Part shown: in pieces, positions 9,887 to 23,600 of the stretch | Layout: every line of letters begins with the position of its first letter | How positions within the stretch are numbered: the stretch's first letter is position 1 | Assembly (NCBI GenBank): GCA_004764695.1 | Contig: SMSO01000033.1 | Span: forward strand, 2,837,526 to 2,901,525 | Source: Schizochytrium sp. TIO01 | Taxonomy: Eukaryota > Protista > Bigyra: Labyrinthulomycetes | Length of the DNA stretch: 64,000 bases | Direction of reading: 5' to 3' | The notes under the pieces: model-generated | The model's database searches: none | What the model was told of the DNA's origin: nothing | What the model saw: the letters and a program-made list of their open reading frames with translations, nothing else | Position numbers and translations under genes: made by a program

Positions 9887-10662
9887 GGTAGCTGTTAGAG
9901 TTTCTTGCTGCAAGGTTCACGGGGAGGAAAATGAAGGCGACCTTGTTTTTCCCACCCTCTAGAGGAGCTGGTTGCTACGAGTTTGATGACGAAGAAATCA
10001 GAAGGGATTTGATTTGTTGATCACCTGAAAAGGGAAAAGCAAGGTGCTCACACGAGCGGGCCCTTTCTCACTCAGTTGAGCAGAAGTTGAGCAGAAGGAT
10101 CGATGTGCAAATGTACCGACGACTCTCCCTTCTTCGGAGGAGCTCTTCGTTCGCTTCTGCGACTTTCACGCGTGAGATAAACCTCACGTGCACCTGGAAC
10201 TCGAGTGGAGCTGTATACAGTCGCTTTGCCGTGGGAATATGTATGCCAGGGTTTCGGGTTTGTGGGAATAAATGAAGAAACAACAGACAACAGTGCCACG
10301 ATGAGCGCCTTGAAGTCTTCGATTCCCATAGGCCGATGGAACCAACGCGGACCCAATGCAGAACACTAATATTTGCAGTAAAAAACATAATCACTAGTAA
10401 TTAACCTAGGTACTAAGCCTATTCGTTAATTCATTCATTAGCGAGCGCTTCAAGTTAAAATGAGGAGCTCCAGCATTCCCAAACTGCCGGAGAAGGCAGC
10501 AAAGGACCAGAAATCTAGGCTAATTTGGGCTGAAGGAGAAGAAGAGGGAGGAAAAGAAGTTGCTGTGGCTTGGCCTACGCTTGACGATTTTTGTGCTGCT
10601 ACGGAGGAGATCAGTTGTTCTTGTTGTGATCAATCTTCAAAGGCTACTAGTTTGACTGCAAG

Positions 10663-11368
10663 ATGGCAAACGTCCAAATGGTACGTGTTTGCAAGGGATG
10701 GCGTGCCCATTTGATGGAAGAGAAGGCAGGCTGAGATGTGGTCACTGTTTTCAATTAATAAGTAGGATTTCTTGACGCGATGTACAAAACTCCGGCGCTA
10801 ACGCTTTGTGTATTCTTATACGTTCGTGGATGAATATAGTCACGCATCAAGCGTGTTATGCAGGATGTGCAAGGCACAGGGCAAGTGCCTAAGTCCGTGT
10901 GCGAAGACATGGCACTCATTGTTGGTATGTTTGTAGATGACGTAGTGGACAAAGCGGTTCAAGCTGCACCTAAGTCTGACACTGGTTTAGTCACTCTGGA
11001 TGAGCATATGATGTAAGTTGTATCTCTTTTTTCTTCTATTTTCGCTATTGGGCATGCTCGCTAACCTAACACATTATAGTCGGGCTGTTGTAGAACGTGA
11101 GAAATCGTTCGACTTTCTACGCACCATCCGTGTAGCTCCACAACCTGCGAATTATGCGCCAAGAGGAGCCAAGCGGCAACGAAAAGGTGAGAAAGATTCG
11201 AGTGACTCTGCAGACAAAAAGATGAATGAGGAATTAGACTCCCAAATGGATAAGAATCGGTTTGATACAGGGACTTACCAACTCCAATCATCAACTCTGC
11301 CTATGGGGTTAGAGACCAAAGACGGACAAAATGACCGATCATCTGATGAAGACTCAGACTATGATTGA
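10663..11368 (+). CDS. Histone-fold protein, NC2-alpha/DRAP1 (NF-YC-like) family; exons 10663-10680, 10840-11012, 11080-11368 (159 aa)
   Basis: Spliced product MANVQM|SRIKRVMQDVQGTGQVPKSVCEDMALIVGMFVDDVVDKA...EHMI|RAVVEREKSFDFLR has the RIKxxMQ...FDFL signature. Canonical GT-AG sites and a CTAAC branch point. Not captured by the ORF track. Confidence 0.8.
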
Positions 11369-11889
11369 AGCAATGCTTCCCATGGTTGCCCCAATAATGC
11401 ATGCTACCTTCGAGATAGGCGGCGCCTCTTTTATGCACAAGCTTGATGAAATACGGTGTTGGACTTTTTTCATTTTAAGCGAGGCATCTTTCGACTACAT
11501 TTAATCTGTCCAGCACTTGTAATGTAGTATATATGTACCCAACCATTTGGATTCATTTAAAATAATGAGAAATCGAAGGACAGGTCTTCTAGAAAGAATT
11601 AAACACAAGCCAAAAATTACAAAGTGATAGAATATGTGAGCTAGTAGAACTTGGGACTGCGTAGAAGGTCCCCCTTTTTTACTTTAGAGGAGAGGATCAA
11701 ATAAGTGTTGTTAAGATGGTCTGTGTGTGAACGACAAATTGACGTATGGTATAATTAGCTTGCCCCGCGTGACCGAAGACAATGAATAAGCCATTGATAA
11801 TGCTTTAGCATCAAAGAAGTCTCCCATGTTTAAATGCACGCATGAGCATAGTCAATCCCCCAAAGAGGGCTAAAAAAAATTATCTGTAC

Positions 11890-12978
11890 CTATGGCAAAA
11901 CTTGCAACTCGGAAGGTGGAGTGTAGACTGTATTAATACCAGTGTGTGGGGGACATTTGTTGAAAGGGGCCGCTTGGAAAGCGCGCACGGTGATGCCAAG
12001 TGCGCAATCAATTGGCGCAAAGCCAGGCTCTCCAATTAAACTAAGGCCTGTGATCGAGTAGTGTGCATGGAGAATATCTGGATACGCGTGTGGTGGTTTC
12101 CCAGCGTACTTGGAGAATCCACCTATTGGGGATTGGCAAGACAAGAGGAAAGATCGGGTGGTAGCTTGATCAATCCAGTTCACACGGCCCAGCATTTGCA
12201 AAGCGCCACCTACCCAGAATGTATAGCATGTATCAGGAACCTTGTTGATGCGGCCGTTAAAGCCACCGCACTGGCGGGATACCAGAAAGCGCTCAAGGTT
12301 CTCGCGGTCAATGCCGTCAAGGCGGCCAAGCAAAGTCAATGAGGCCACGGCGGTATAGATTGCACCTGCGTGGGTTTCTTGGTCCGGCAAAATGCCAAAG
12401 CCTCCGTCAAAAGACTGAGATGAGCGAATAAATTCTGCAGTTTTGTCCACATCGATACCGGAAAAATCTTGCAACATGAAAGATACAGCACAAGCACAGA
12501 AGACAAATCGCATATCGTTTTCAGTACCACAAGCCACAGCCTGGAAAGAACCGTCAGGTTGCTGCAGACTCCGTAGGCCAGCAATAATGGATTTTTTATC
12601 TAGACGCGAGTAATCGTCACCCAAGATAGCAAGCACAAGGAGAGCACAGTAAGTCATAGATACATGTGCTTGATGATAACGACTGACCTTGGCGTCTTCG
12701 TCCATGGCCCCAAGAAAGCCACCACCAAGAAAGCCACCACTCCCAGCTCCATTTGAATCAGTCACTCTAACCTGGTTTGCATAAACCCAGTCGATGATCT
12801 CCTGTTTGTTAGGCACACGGTCCAACGCCCCAAGCATGTCCAAAGCGTTGAGTGCAAAGTAGACCATCATGAGTCGACTCGTGTCCAGAGAGGTATACGC
12901 AGATGGCACGAGGCCAAGAAATGAGTTGAAGTAGCGCACATGAAGCTCTCTCGCTACGCCACCTCCCTCGCCGTCCAT
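11890..12978 (-). CDS. PGGT1B: Geranylgeranyltransferase type I beta subunit
   Basis: YTSLDTSRLMMVYFAL, HVSMTYCAL, ENDMRFVFCA, GFNGRINKVPDTCYTFWVG, PDILHAHYS prenyltransferase repeats. ATG at 12978. Confidence 0.92.
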   Translation of the reverse strand: MDGEGGGVARELHVRYFNSFLGLVPSAYTSLDTSRLMMVYFALNALDMLGALDRVPNKQEIIDWVYANQVRVTDSNGAGSGGFLGGGFLGAMDEDAKVSRYHQAHVSMTYCALLVLAILGDDYSRLDKKSIIAGLRSLQQPDGSFQAVACGTENDMRFVFCACAVSFMLQDFSGIDVDKTAEFIRSSQSFDGGFGILPDQETHAGAIYTAVASLTLLGRLDGIDRENLERFLVSRQCGGFNGRINKVPDTCYTFWVGGALQMLGRVNWIDQATTRSFLLSCQSPIGGFSKYAGKPPHAYPDILHAHYSITGLSLIGEPGFAPIDCALGITVRAFQAAPFNKCPPHTGINTVYTPPSELQVLP

Positions 12979-15329
12979 GGTTTTAGTCTCGTTCAAACTT
13001 TTAGGTCTGTGGGCTTGACGGGCAAATACAATGTGCTTCAACAGATCATTTATTTTTTTACTGTTTCTGCAAGACTCACACGATATTGGTATTGTTTTCG
13101 CTAGTCACGATTAATAGTACTGTATTTTTAACTGACTCAGAAAAGCTATAGATCAGAAAGAAGGAATTCGGTGTATGTAACGGAGACAACTCATTCGACA
13201 GCAAATAGCTACCACTTAGTTTATTGCTTCTTATTTGTAGTGATAATTTCTACACGAGCACCGAGACTGTATTCCAAACAGCTGATAAGACCAACCTTTT
13301 TAATTCTCAATTCTCAAATTAAAGCATGTATCTTGCTATAGATGACCTAGACCAATCGCTAGAATCAATTGATTTATTGCATTAGAAGAACCTTTCTTTA
13401 CTGCCCTTGTGCATGATTTGGGATAGACAAACGAAGCAGTAAATACTGAGATCCTAGTTACTTTTTTGAATAACAAACTGAGATTTAACTCGGGTAGAAA
13501 GTATCTCGCACGACCTCTGACAAGTGAAATACGCATTGCAACATTTGATCAGGTTCTGTAAAAGTATCTCTTCTGAAATGTGAAATACGAATTGCAACAT
13601 TCGAGTTTTTATCACGCCTAACTTTTGACGATAAAAGGGTCATCTCAACTTGACCTCCTTTGACACATACGACAACCAGCAATATCATCTGTAGGACAAA
13701 CTATGATCAGTGTCTCAAAGAAGAGTCATCCTCCCTGGCCTTTGCATGTGAGGTGCTAGGTTTAAGAGCAGTAGTGAAAGGGCTAGAGGAAAGGCTATGA
13801 AAGATGGTAGGGCTTCCATTCTCTTTCTTTTCTTACCTTTTCTTTCTTTCTTTCTACAAAAGAAAAAATCAAAATGGCCGTGTTGATGAATGACAGAACC
13901 ATTTCAAGGAACAAAAAGTCTCACACACGATCAAGACGCGTGCCCCATGTGGTCCCGACTGCAGCGTATGCCGCTTCGGTAAGTTAGTGATTGGTGCTCA
14001 TAGATGCAGGGTTATCTGGAAGCCTGTATGAGCGAGAGGAGTACAAGTTACATGTGTTGAGCGATGCGTTGTGGCTTTGTGCGATCATGGCTATACTCTG
14101 CAGACTTCTGAGGATAGCACGAAAGAGATGGCGTGCAATGCAACTTTGTGATCAAAGCGAACGTGAGGGGCATTAGAAAAGGATTGAAACCTGCATCAAA
14201 GGAAGTCTGTTGTTTCAAGGTTCACGAGTACTGTATCGAAGGGGCGACCAGCAGCCATGAATTAAAAAAAGACCATACCCTCTGCACTCTAGCAGTGCAT
14301 ATGAGATACAGTAGAAGTCCTCCACCACATAATATGATGTTCTTGTCAGTGAGTGCTCAAGATTCCCATGGAATGGTGATTATTTTCATGTGCTCATACC
14401 TTGATTCTTCGCAAAAACACCTCTTGTTTGTGGTTCATGGAGGTACAGCTACATCGTCTTGGCTCCTACAAGCGTAGAGAGTTTGTAATTTCCTTCTGAA
14501 TGAGGCATTTAGATTTTGTTGTCATACACTCCCTCTGCCAATAAGAGAGGCTTTATAGCATATTATCCTGTGATGTTGTTTCCTACAAAAGCAAATGTCA
14601 TACACATTTTAGTCAGAAACAAGGCTATACATTTCATCACCATCCTCTTCGTCTACATTTCGCCGAGGCATGTTCTTTGAGACAGTTGCTAAGTTAAAGA
14701 TGAAAAGGCATTGCTTCGGCTTTTATGCTCCTAAGCCATCTATTAGAAATTATTGGAGCCTTCTTTTGGGACAGTGGGTTGCCCCCGTGTTTCATTATAC
14801 TCAGACTGTGAAGTGACTCGGTATTGTTTCTATGACATAATCGACCAAATACATAATATTCCAGCAGCAACAGCAGCAGCGCTAACAGAAGAAGAAGAAA
14901 AAGGAGAAAACAAACTTATTCTTTAATTTAAAGAGAGTTTTTTCTTTAAATTTAAAAAAAAAAACAGCTGCTGCTGGAGGATCGGCAAGAGAGGTCTCTA
15001 GCTATAGCTAGGTAGGAAGGAAACCTAGGAGGGCACCAAGGGAGAAAAAGGTAGGGTGTGCAGGTGATCACAAAACTAAGCTTGAAATGTCTGGCAGATC
15101 ATTAATGAACGAAAATTACTAACTTGAATTGCACGACGTGGGGACTCGACGACTGGCTGGCACACGACTCGATCTCACAACAGGTGGAAAATTCTGCTTG
15201 GAGGCCAGGCAATAGTCACTGTTGTGATTGCCAGGTCACGGCTGCACACGTTGCAAGAGCTCGAGAATCAACAGCTGCACGGCAGCGCTTTCGGAGGCCT
15301 CCAAAAGCAAGAGCAAGCCCAACAGCAAA

Positions 15330-16782
15330 ATGCCCGGGATGATGAAGATCATTTCGGTGGTTTTACCGATTCTCATCGCAGTTCACGCGATTAGATTATA
15401 TGATTCGCTGGGAATTAACAAAGATCTAGGACCTAATAAACCTCAAGGCTGTGCACTTATCGCAAGTGATATTCTAGGTGTCGAAGATCTCGTCCAGTAT
15501 CGCCCAGGAATTCTAATTGGTACGTCTAAAGCTGAAGCTGGATCATTGACAAATGGCATGGCGGCAACCATGTTTGCAAGGCGAAACCCATTTGCTTTCC
15601 TTGAACCCAACTTTGCATGCCTCAAGCAAATATGATAGCTTACTTTTAGGAATCGATTCTCTCACTTTTCATTTTAATATGCTTGTCTTCTATTTGTGGC
15701 TCTTTAAATGCGGTTTCGTTTGCGACCATGCATCAATTTGCTTCATTTCCAAATGTGCTATTTGAAACACTCGTCGCGTTTCCACAGGTACGGCTGCCGG
15801 AGTTTTTGTAGCAGAACAGCAAGGTCCGCAAACTCGGGAACCCGGTTATCTAATCCTTGTAGATGGCCGCAACGGCAAGCTGCCTCTGGTGCGGAAGCTT
15901 CGAGTTCAAAATTTGCCAGATATGTGGTTTATTCCCCATGGTATCTTTTATTCAGCAAACACAGAGAGGGTGTACGTGGTGAATCATGCAGTTGTATCTG
16001 GACAAGGAACCCGCGTAGAAGTGTTTGCGGTCAAATCTGACGAAGAGGGTTTGCCGCAACTAAAATGGCTCATGTCAATTGGTGGTAAAGACACCTTTTT
16101 TGATTTTGCGCTCAACAGTGTTGTTGAGGGTAGTGAGAACGAGATTTACGTGACGCAGTGGCAATCAACCCCAGTGCCAAAGAAAGGAAGTCTACATCCT
16201 GAGACTTGGCAAGAGGTCTTGAGCCGCATTGTTCAGCTTCTTCTAACATTTTTCATGCTCCCGGGCAATCAGGGAATCTATCGCTGCACCTTTGACGCAG
16301 AGACATTCAAGACAGAAGCCACGCAATGTAAAATTGCGTCGTGGTACTTTGTGGGAGCCAATGGTCTTACTATCTCCCAGGACCTCACTCGAGTTTACCT
16401 TGTAGACCTTTATGCGCATAAAATTTACTCGCACTCACGGAACAGGACCAATGGCGATCTAACGCTGCTTCTTAATGAAACCATCAACTGCCCACACGCA
16501 ATTGATAATGTCCACTACGACGCAGAGACTGGTGAGCTCCATACGGGAACAATCCCAAAGATATCTCAAATTTTGAACCACGAACCTGTGTCAGGGACGT
16601 TTCAAGTGTTTTCAAAGTCAAACAATGCCTTCAACTTTTATGACAAGGTGGAACAGCGTGTTGTTCATGATGGATCTCTTCTAAGCGAGTTTTCTGTGTG
16701 CATGCCTCTGAAAGTTTCTAATGCATCGTGGTCCCTTTGCGGCGGCCCTGTTGAGAATGGGTTACTTATTTGCCCTGCCTAG
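15330..16782 (+). CDS. Paraoxonase/arylesterase-like six-bladed beta-propeller; exons 15330-15519, 15788-16782
   Basis: Signal-anchor, C..I...ILGVEDL, FIPHGI, VYVVNH, RVEVF, LNSVV, GANGLTIS, IDNVHYD motifs. The phase-1 GT-AG intron joins two ORF-track fragments in frame. Confidence 0.85.
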
Positions 16783-17633
16783 CCTACGCTTCAGTCTACT
16801 ATACCTCTAAATGAATATTTAGGTATGAGCGGTCTTTTGTTCAATATTATTTTGTGTTACAAGAACTAAATTCTGCAGCCGTACTATTTCGCTCATCAGT
16901 GTCATCTGTATGGATTCAGGTCTCCATCCTGTCATGATTCTCTCTCTCATGGTGATACACAATGTGTCTCTGAACAAATACTTTGTCCTGAGTTTTATTT
17001 GTGTAAATGAAAGATCCGATTCATTAGGAGTCTCCAAAAATGAGATTTGAATTGGCTTAGATGTAACTTATTGTTCGAGTACGACTGTTTTTGCACTGCG
17101 ATTGTGCATAATAAACACGGATATGAAGTGAGAGATCTGAAGCAATATAAACTTGAATGTTTTTCACATTGGTTGATCACAGTGAAAACACAAACGTTGA
17201 TGCGAAGCAAAGTGAAAGATGTCGGCGGATCTATCATTTAGAGAGATGGTCTGATGAATGACGCTCCTAATTGTTCAAAAGACATGGGGGGTGAGAGTAC
17301 CCTCGCTCTTACAAGTGATTGATGCACCTAAGGAGGGTAGTTCGATATGATCTGGATGTGCTCGTGTTGACAAAGTTATGTGCAATTGAAGTTTTAATGA
17401 CGCAGTCCAAGGAAGCAAATCAAGATAGGGAAGTTCAAGTACTGGAAAACTCTACAAAGAGGAATTACGATTGCAACTTTGCCCGCCTCCAAATCTTCCC
17501 CCTTGATCAGGTTACATCCAATTGCATAGCGGGTGTTCCAGAGTAGAACAAATGTAAAACGACAGTATCATCCTATTCAACTAATAAGGCACTTGCAAAT
17601 AGACTACCAACATTAAGCTTTTGGCATTCGTTG

Positions 17634-20600
17634 TTATTTTTGAGCATCTCCTCTGATGAGGAAGTGAATCATATCATGCAGTTCCTTGACTTTATCTTGG
17701 GTATCACCATCCGACATATCAACATACAGAGGATTCATTCCCCACGATGCGCCAAAGATGCCTATCCATTCTGACGTGCTCAAGAGAACTTTGTCAATCA
17801 CAACTGGGATCATAAGTTCCCGATATTTTCTCTTAACTAAGTACTCAAACTCGTAACGGCAATAGTCTTCCTGGACAGGTTTCGAGTTTACCTTCTCCAT
17901 GTATTCCCGTGTAACAAAGACAACGCCCACTTTGGAATCATCAATACCCTGAGTCATAATACGAGTAATGTCGCCATGCTGCATCTCGTTTCGATCGAGC
18001 CAGCACGATAAGCCATGATCTTGTTCTAATGCATCACTCACGCGACATACAAGGCTATGCACAGACATGTCTTTGCCCCACGCGTGTGATAAGAAAACAT
18101 CATATTTTTCCTTGCGTTGCAATGCTGACCTTAAGTTCATCTTCTCCGCATCGTCTCTGCTTGCGAAAAAAAGGGAGAAACATTCGAAGGGCAACAGCCT
18201 ACGGGCTCTAGAAAGGACTACGCATTTTTTTGGTTTGGCCAAAACACTGATAGAGGCGCAGCTCTTATCCTCCATAGTACCATCGCAGCTGAGAAACAAC
18301 TTCGGATTCAGATTTTGTTTCATGAAAGCTTTATCAATCAACTGTAGTTGAGATTGCAATAGCTCCACACAACTCACCAATCTTCTCTTTTCCGAGGTAT
18401 CATCCTCGTCCGTTAAGAAGCGGAAGATAATGCGACATTTAGATGTATCTGCAAAAAGAAATACATATATTCCATCAAAGATTATGCTTGCCACATTTGC
18501 ATACACCTGTGCAACCTCAACAAGCCCTTCTGGAAACTCTGAAACCATACTTGCAACCAAGCGTTGAAACACTCCGCCAGGGAAAAAGTCCAACTCAATA
18601 TACATTAAATCGGCGCCTTCAAATTGCAATTCCAGATCATCGCGCTCATCCTCAGAAATAGGCGCCAACAAACTGGGAACTAGCAAAGCACCCTCTGTAT
18701 CCAAGTCTCCAATCCATGGGCTTCTGCTTGCGAGAAGCATCTCTGTCATGAGTACAGAAAAGTAGCCAACTAAGAGTGGCTGACCCCAGAGTTTTGACAA
18801 CAACAACTGGCTCACCACACCACGTTTCTCCCATGTATCTAGGTCCCCGAACCAATCTGTTGGTATATCAGCCTCTATAGCCACTTCTTTCATTTTTTGC
18901 ACATGCTTTTGCATATGCATTGGATCACAAACAACTCGTGACAAGTTGTCCAGCAGCCATTGAGGTTGCAGAATCACATATTTTGCCAGAGTGGGCGTAG
19001 AGGTGAGATGCACAATTACACCTAGCTCGTGCATGAGCTCCAACATATCCATGGTCTCATCTCTTGAAATACCACAGGAACTTGTTGCAAGCTCATACAC
19101 AGCATCAAGCTCAAAGTAGTCTCTGTTGGTTGCAAACATACGATCTAAACAGAGAGACCATCGTAGTGGCACCTCCTCTTTTACATAAGGCTGTGAGGCT
19201 GCAGTCGTCGTGAGAAGCTTGCGAAGAAGCTCGCGGCGCGATGGGTCACTTCTTTCGGTGTTGTCCAGAGGGTGAAAGTGCAAACCCTCTGTTTTGTTTG
19301 TTACAAGGAAAAGGCCTTTGACCCCAGGCAAGAGCCCTTCCAACGCAGTGTTAACGAGCTTCAAATCTTCGATAGGATCACGCAGAGCATCAAGGTATGT
19401 TCCCACAAGAAGAAACGTGGCTCCATTCGCATGTAAGCGTATTGAGTCTAGCCAGAATCGAATCGTGTTCAGTGCCGTCTCTTTGTCCTCCATTAATGCA
19501 TAGTCAGAATAACCCTGGAAATTATGCTTTCCAATCACTTCTCGCATATCGAAAACGATGACATACACGCCAAACTTGGTTAAAAATAGGTGGTGCAAAG
19601 CGTAGAATACCTCCTGCCCTCCATAATCCCAAATGGAGAAACTGACATCCTCTTTAACTTTTTCGCTGCCCCTCTCTTCTAGTTCAAGCTTTACAGAAGC
19701 CTTGAAAGACTTAGCCACCTCATCAGTCTTAACCTTAAGCTCAGGTTTCAATCTTTTATCCGTCCGAGGCCCAGACAGTCTGGCCAGTGATTTACGTAAA
19801 CTTCGGCGAATACTCTTTCGCCCTCCAAGCACCTGTTGCTTCGCAAGAGCCTCACTGAGGTCCGCAGACTGATAGCCTCTGGGGTCCTCTTGCCAATCTG
19901 TTGTACGGATCAGCTTTAATTCTACACCAACAGTCGAGTGATGTTCCGGCACAAAAGACTGATTAAGTAACGTCCGAATAGTTGATGTCTTACCACCACC
20001 TCCCTTTCCAACCACCATAAGCTTTGCTCGCCCCCACCGAACCTTTTCATTTTTTGAGAACGCATTCATCGCAGAATTTACAAACTGATCCGCAATATTT
20101 TTTGCCAGCATCAACCGACTCCCAATTTGGTCTCGCACGGTTTGAGGGATATTATCATTTAGACTTTTGGAACTGTTAGTTTTTTTTTTTTAACAATTCT
20201 ATTCTCCTCTAGAAAAACTTAAAAACCTTCTTCTTCCGTTAGGGTTTTAAAGAGAAGATGAAACTTACAGGATATTACAAAGGACCTTATTTACGTCTAA
20301 CGCTCCAGCCACTGCCTTCGCACCCTCTGAGCCGATATCATTCCATTGAAGACTGTTGGATTGATTGAATAATGCATTCAACATACACAAGGATGTGAGC
20401 TATCTAATTGCGCGTATCATATATTTCTTCAAAGCAATGGTCGAGAATCAGAAACATTCTTTGCAAGCAAGTAAGAAAGCGTCGACCTACTCAAGTGATT
20501 TTAACGAGCGATTCTCTCTCAGTGCTGCAGCCATTGCCTGTGCTCCCTCGTCACCAAGTTTATTGTTTGGAAGGCTTTTGGGTTGATTGTACGAGCGAAA

Positions 20601-23600
20601 GGCCAAAAGCAATAAGCAATATATAAGAGCATAAAAACATTCATTCATGCATGGCCATCAGTCATTCAGCTCAGTTCTTAATGCTAACTTTCAAATTTAG
20701 AAATGTAACTGCAAACAAAGTATTTCAACAATGCTCACGCAAAACTATGAAACTGTGCAAGCCTTACAAGCAAACTTGATACAGTATTTCGCGTGTTAAA
20801 TAAACTTACTTGAGCAATGTCAGCGACTTGTTCTCTATCAGTGCCGCGGCCACTGCCTTCGCACCCTCTGAGCCTATTTCGTTGGCTCCAATGCTGTTTT
20901 ATTGGTTGCAATATGGGAAAAGTTAATAATTCAACATACATTCAAACACACAAAGTGTCAGTCATCTAGTGTAGCATGCACTCAAATGAAAAATTAGATA
21001 CTAAATGAAGATTCGCAAGAGCATTCATCCAATATATAACGTTTGGCCACGAGCTAGAACAACCTACTCAAGTGATGTCAGCTTTCGACTTTCTATCAGT
21101 ACCGCAGCCACTGCCTTGGCACCTACAACGCCGATGTTGTTGCCATTAAGACTGTTGATTTTAGTCAAATGTAGGCACGCATGTAACATGAAGACATATA
21201 GATGGCTGTTAGGCATGTAGCTAATATACTCTCACCCACCAAACTACCATTGTTTGGCCCATAAGAGGACCCCAGACAACCTACTCAAGAATCTCCAGCG
21301 AACTATTCTCGTTCAGTGCTGCAGCTACCACCTTGGCACCCTCAACGCCGATATTGTTGTCAGCAAGTCTAATGCATTAGAAAATAAATCCAAAATACCC
21401 ACGCGTCTATTAGTCATCTAGTTTAGATGGTTGTGCACTCATAAAAAATAATCTCAAATACACCTGATCAATGCAGTGTGCAACCAAGCTTTGTGAATTA
21501 AGTTCAAACAACCTACTTGAGTGATATCAAAGACTTATTCTCTATCAGCATCGTAGCCAACGCTTCTGCGCCCTTGTAATTGACATGGTTGTCTCCCAGA
21601 CTGGTGATGGATTAAAATCGATACCAAGAGTTGAACAGGAAGTACCCCAAACGCACAAAATGGTCAGTTGTTAAGCACAACTTATTAAAGCAGATGTCAA
21701 TATGCCAACAATCAACAATTGTAAATTTCACGCCCCCAAAATAGCGGGCGACCATCAAGCAGACGTTGCGTACAACGTGATAGATTAACTTACTCTATAA
21801 ATTTCAGCGAATTGTTTTTATTCAGCGCTGCACTCACTACTTTGACGCCTTCGTCACCAATTTTGTTTGATGAAAGACTGTTGATTGGAATTAATAATGG
21901 CAATAGATTTTTCAAAAGATTGTGCGTTCACAAATGTCCTCACTTCGGTGTCAGGCATCTAGTTTTGCGCCGCTGCATCCACACAAGCAAAATAATCATG
22001 AATAAGCCAAAACAAGCATGGAAAAAAGCCACGTATGCATAAGCTAAACCAACCTACAAAAGTGAAGCGAGTGACTGGTTTTCTTTCAGCATCGCTCCCA
22101 TTGCTTTAATTCCCTCTGAACCGAAAGTATTACCCTCAAGTCTATCAATCGGATCCAACATTTACAGAGTTCGGAAAATTGAAAAGCGCGTACACACGTG
22201 CATTCAAGATGCAGGTTAGCCCCCTGGATTTAGTATTTGCTACATCTACCCAGTCAAATAATTCACATAAAGGAAAGTACTCTGGTTAGAATGCAAAGAT
22301 TGCATATCAACCATGCCAGAGGTACATGTACAAAGTTTATTTACTTACTTGAGTGACGTTAGCGATCTGTTCTCTTGTAACGCCGCAGCCACAGCCATGA
22401 TGCCATCATCGCCAATTTTGTTGCTTCGAAGGCTAATGAATTGATTAAATAAGATTAGCAGTTGGAAGTTCATTTATTTGCCATGCAGGGACGTCAGTCA
22501 TTTTGCTTCATTCATGGTTATCCTTTCTATCCATGATCATAATTTATTAGCAGGTGGGCAGTATGAAGCTGGAACCACTTACTCAAGTGAATTCAGTGAA
22601 CAGTTGTGTTTCAACGCCTCGGCTACTGCGGCAGTGCCCTCATTAGCGATCTTGTTGCCTTGAAGTCTATCGGTAGGTTCAAGTGATCACAAGGTTTTAA
22701 AGTATATATATGTATAAACGTATGTCTGTCAGTAACCTAGCTTAGTTCTTGCCACGTATTTCATACACGTAAGAAATAAAGCACTGCAAAATATGTTAAA
22801 TCTAACAAGTAAGCCTCAAATAGAAGCATGTGCGCTATGAATAACTTACTTTAGCAACCTTAACGACCGGTTCTCTTTCAGTGCCGCGCCCACTGCTTTA
22901 GCACCCTCTATGCCGATTTTATTCCATTGAAGACTGTTTGTTTGGGTGAATGATGGCAATAATTGAAAACCAAGACGTGCACATACACACAGTCAGCTAT
23001 CTAGCTTAATAGTTGTGAAAAAAAATAATAATAACAAAATAATACATCAAAATAGTACAGAGAAGCAAGCCTGTTCTACGAGCATACGAGATAAAACAAC
23101 TTACTCAAGTGATGCTAGCGAAAAATTCTCTTTCAATGCTGCGGCCATTGCCTTGGCGCCTTCACAGCCGATTTTATTACCTCGCAGACTGCCAGTTCAA
23201 TTAAACAACAACAATAGTTAAAAGGAAGATATACGAAAATTTATACATTCATTTGGCTAGCATTAGTAATCTACTTTAATACTTCAATTGATTCATATGA
23301 ACGAGCAATCAAGCCAGCATGGCATATAAGTTCACGTTCTTATCAACTTACTTGAGTGATACCAGCGATTGGTTCTCTTGGAGCACCGCAGCCATGACTT
23401 TAGCGCCCTCCGGACGGATTCTATTGTTTTGAAGTCTAAATTGTTGAATTAATCATGGTAATAGGGGGGAAAATAGGCACACATGATACAGGTCACTCAT
23501 CTAGCTTAGTTTTTGGTTCATTCACTCGTTTATAGAACACCCCACATCAAGCAAATACATTAAATAAGATACAAGCAAGTCTGATATACAAATAGATGAG

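Noticed and set aside
10110-10265. Hairpin-rich segment with UGAGA...ACCUG (TPP riboswitch-like), a cUUCGg loop and AAACCCGAAACCCT on the minus strand (telomerase-template-like)
   Set aside because: The TPP pyrophosphate-sensing consensus is missing, the template-like motif is imperfect, and no supporting promoter or terminator was found.
10460-10714. 84-aa ORF as first exon of the histone-fold gene
   Set aside because: Its phase at the 10681 donor does not fit exon 2; the ATG at 10663 in another frame does.
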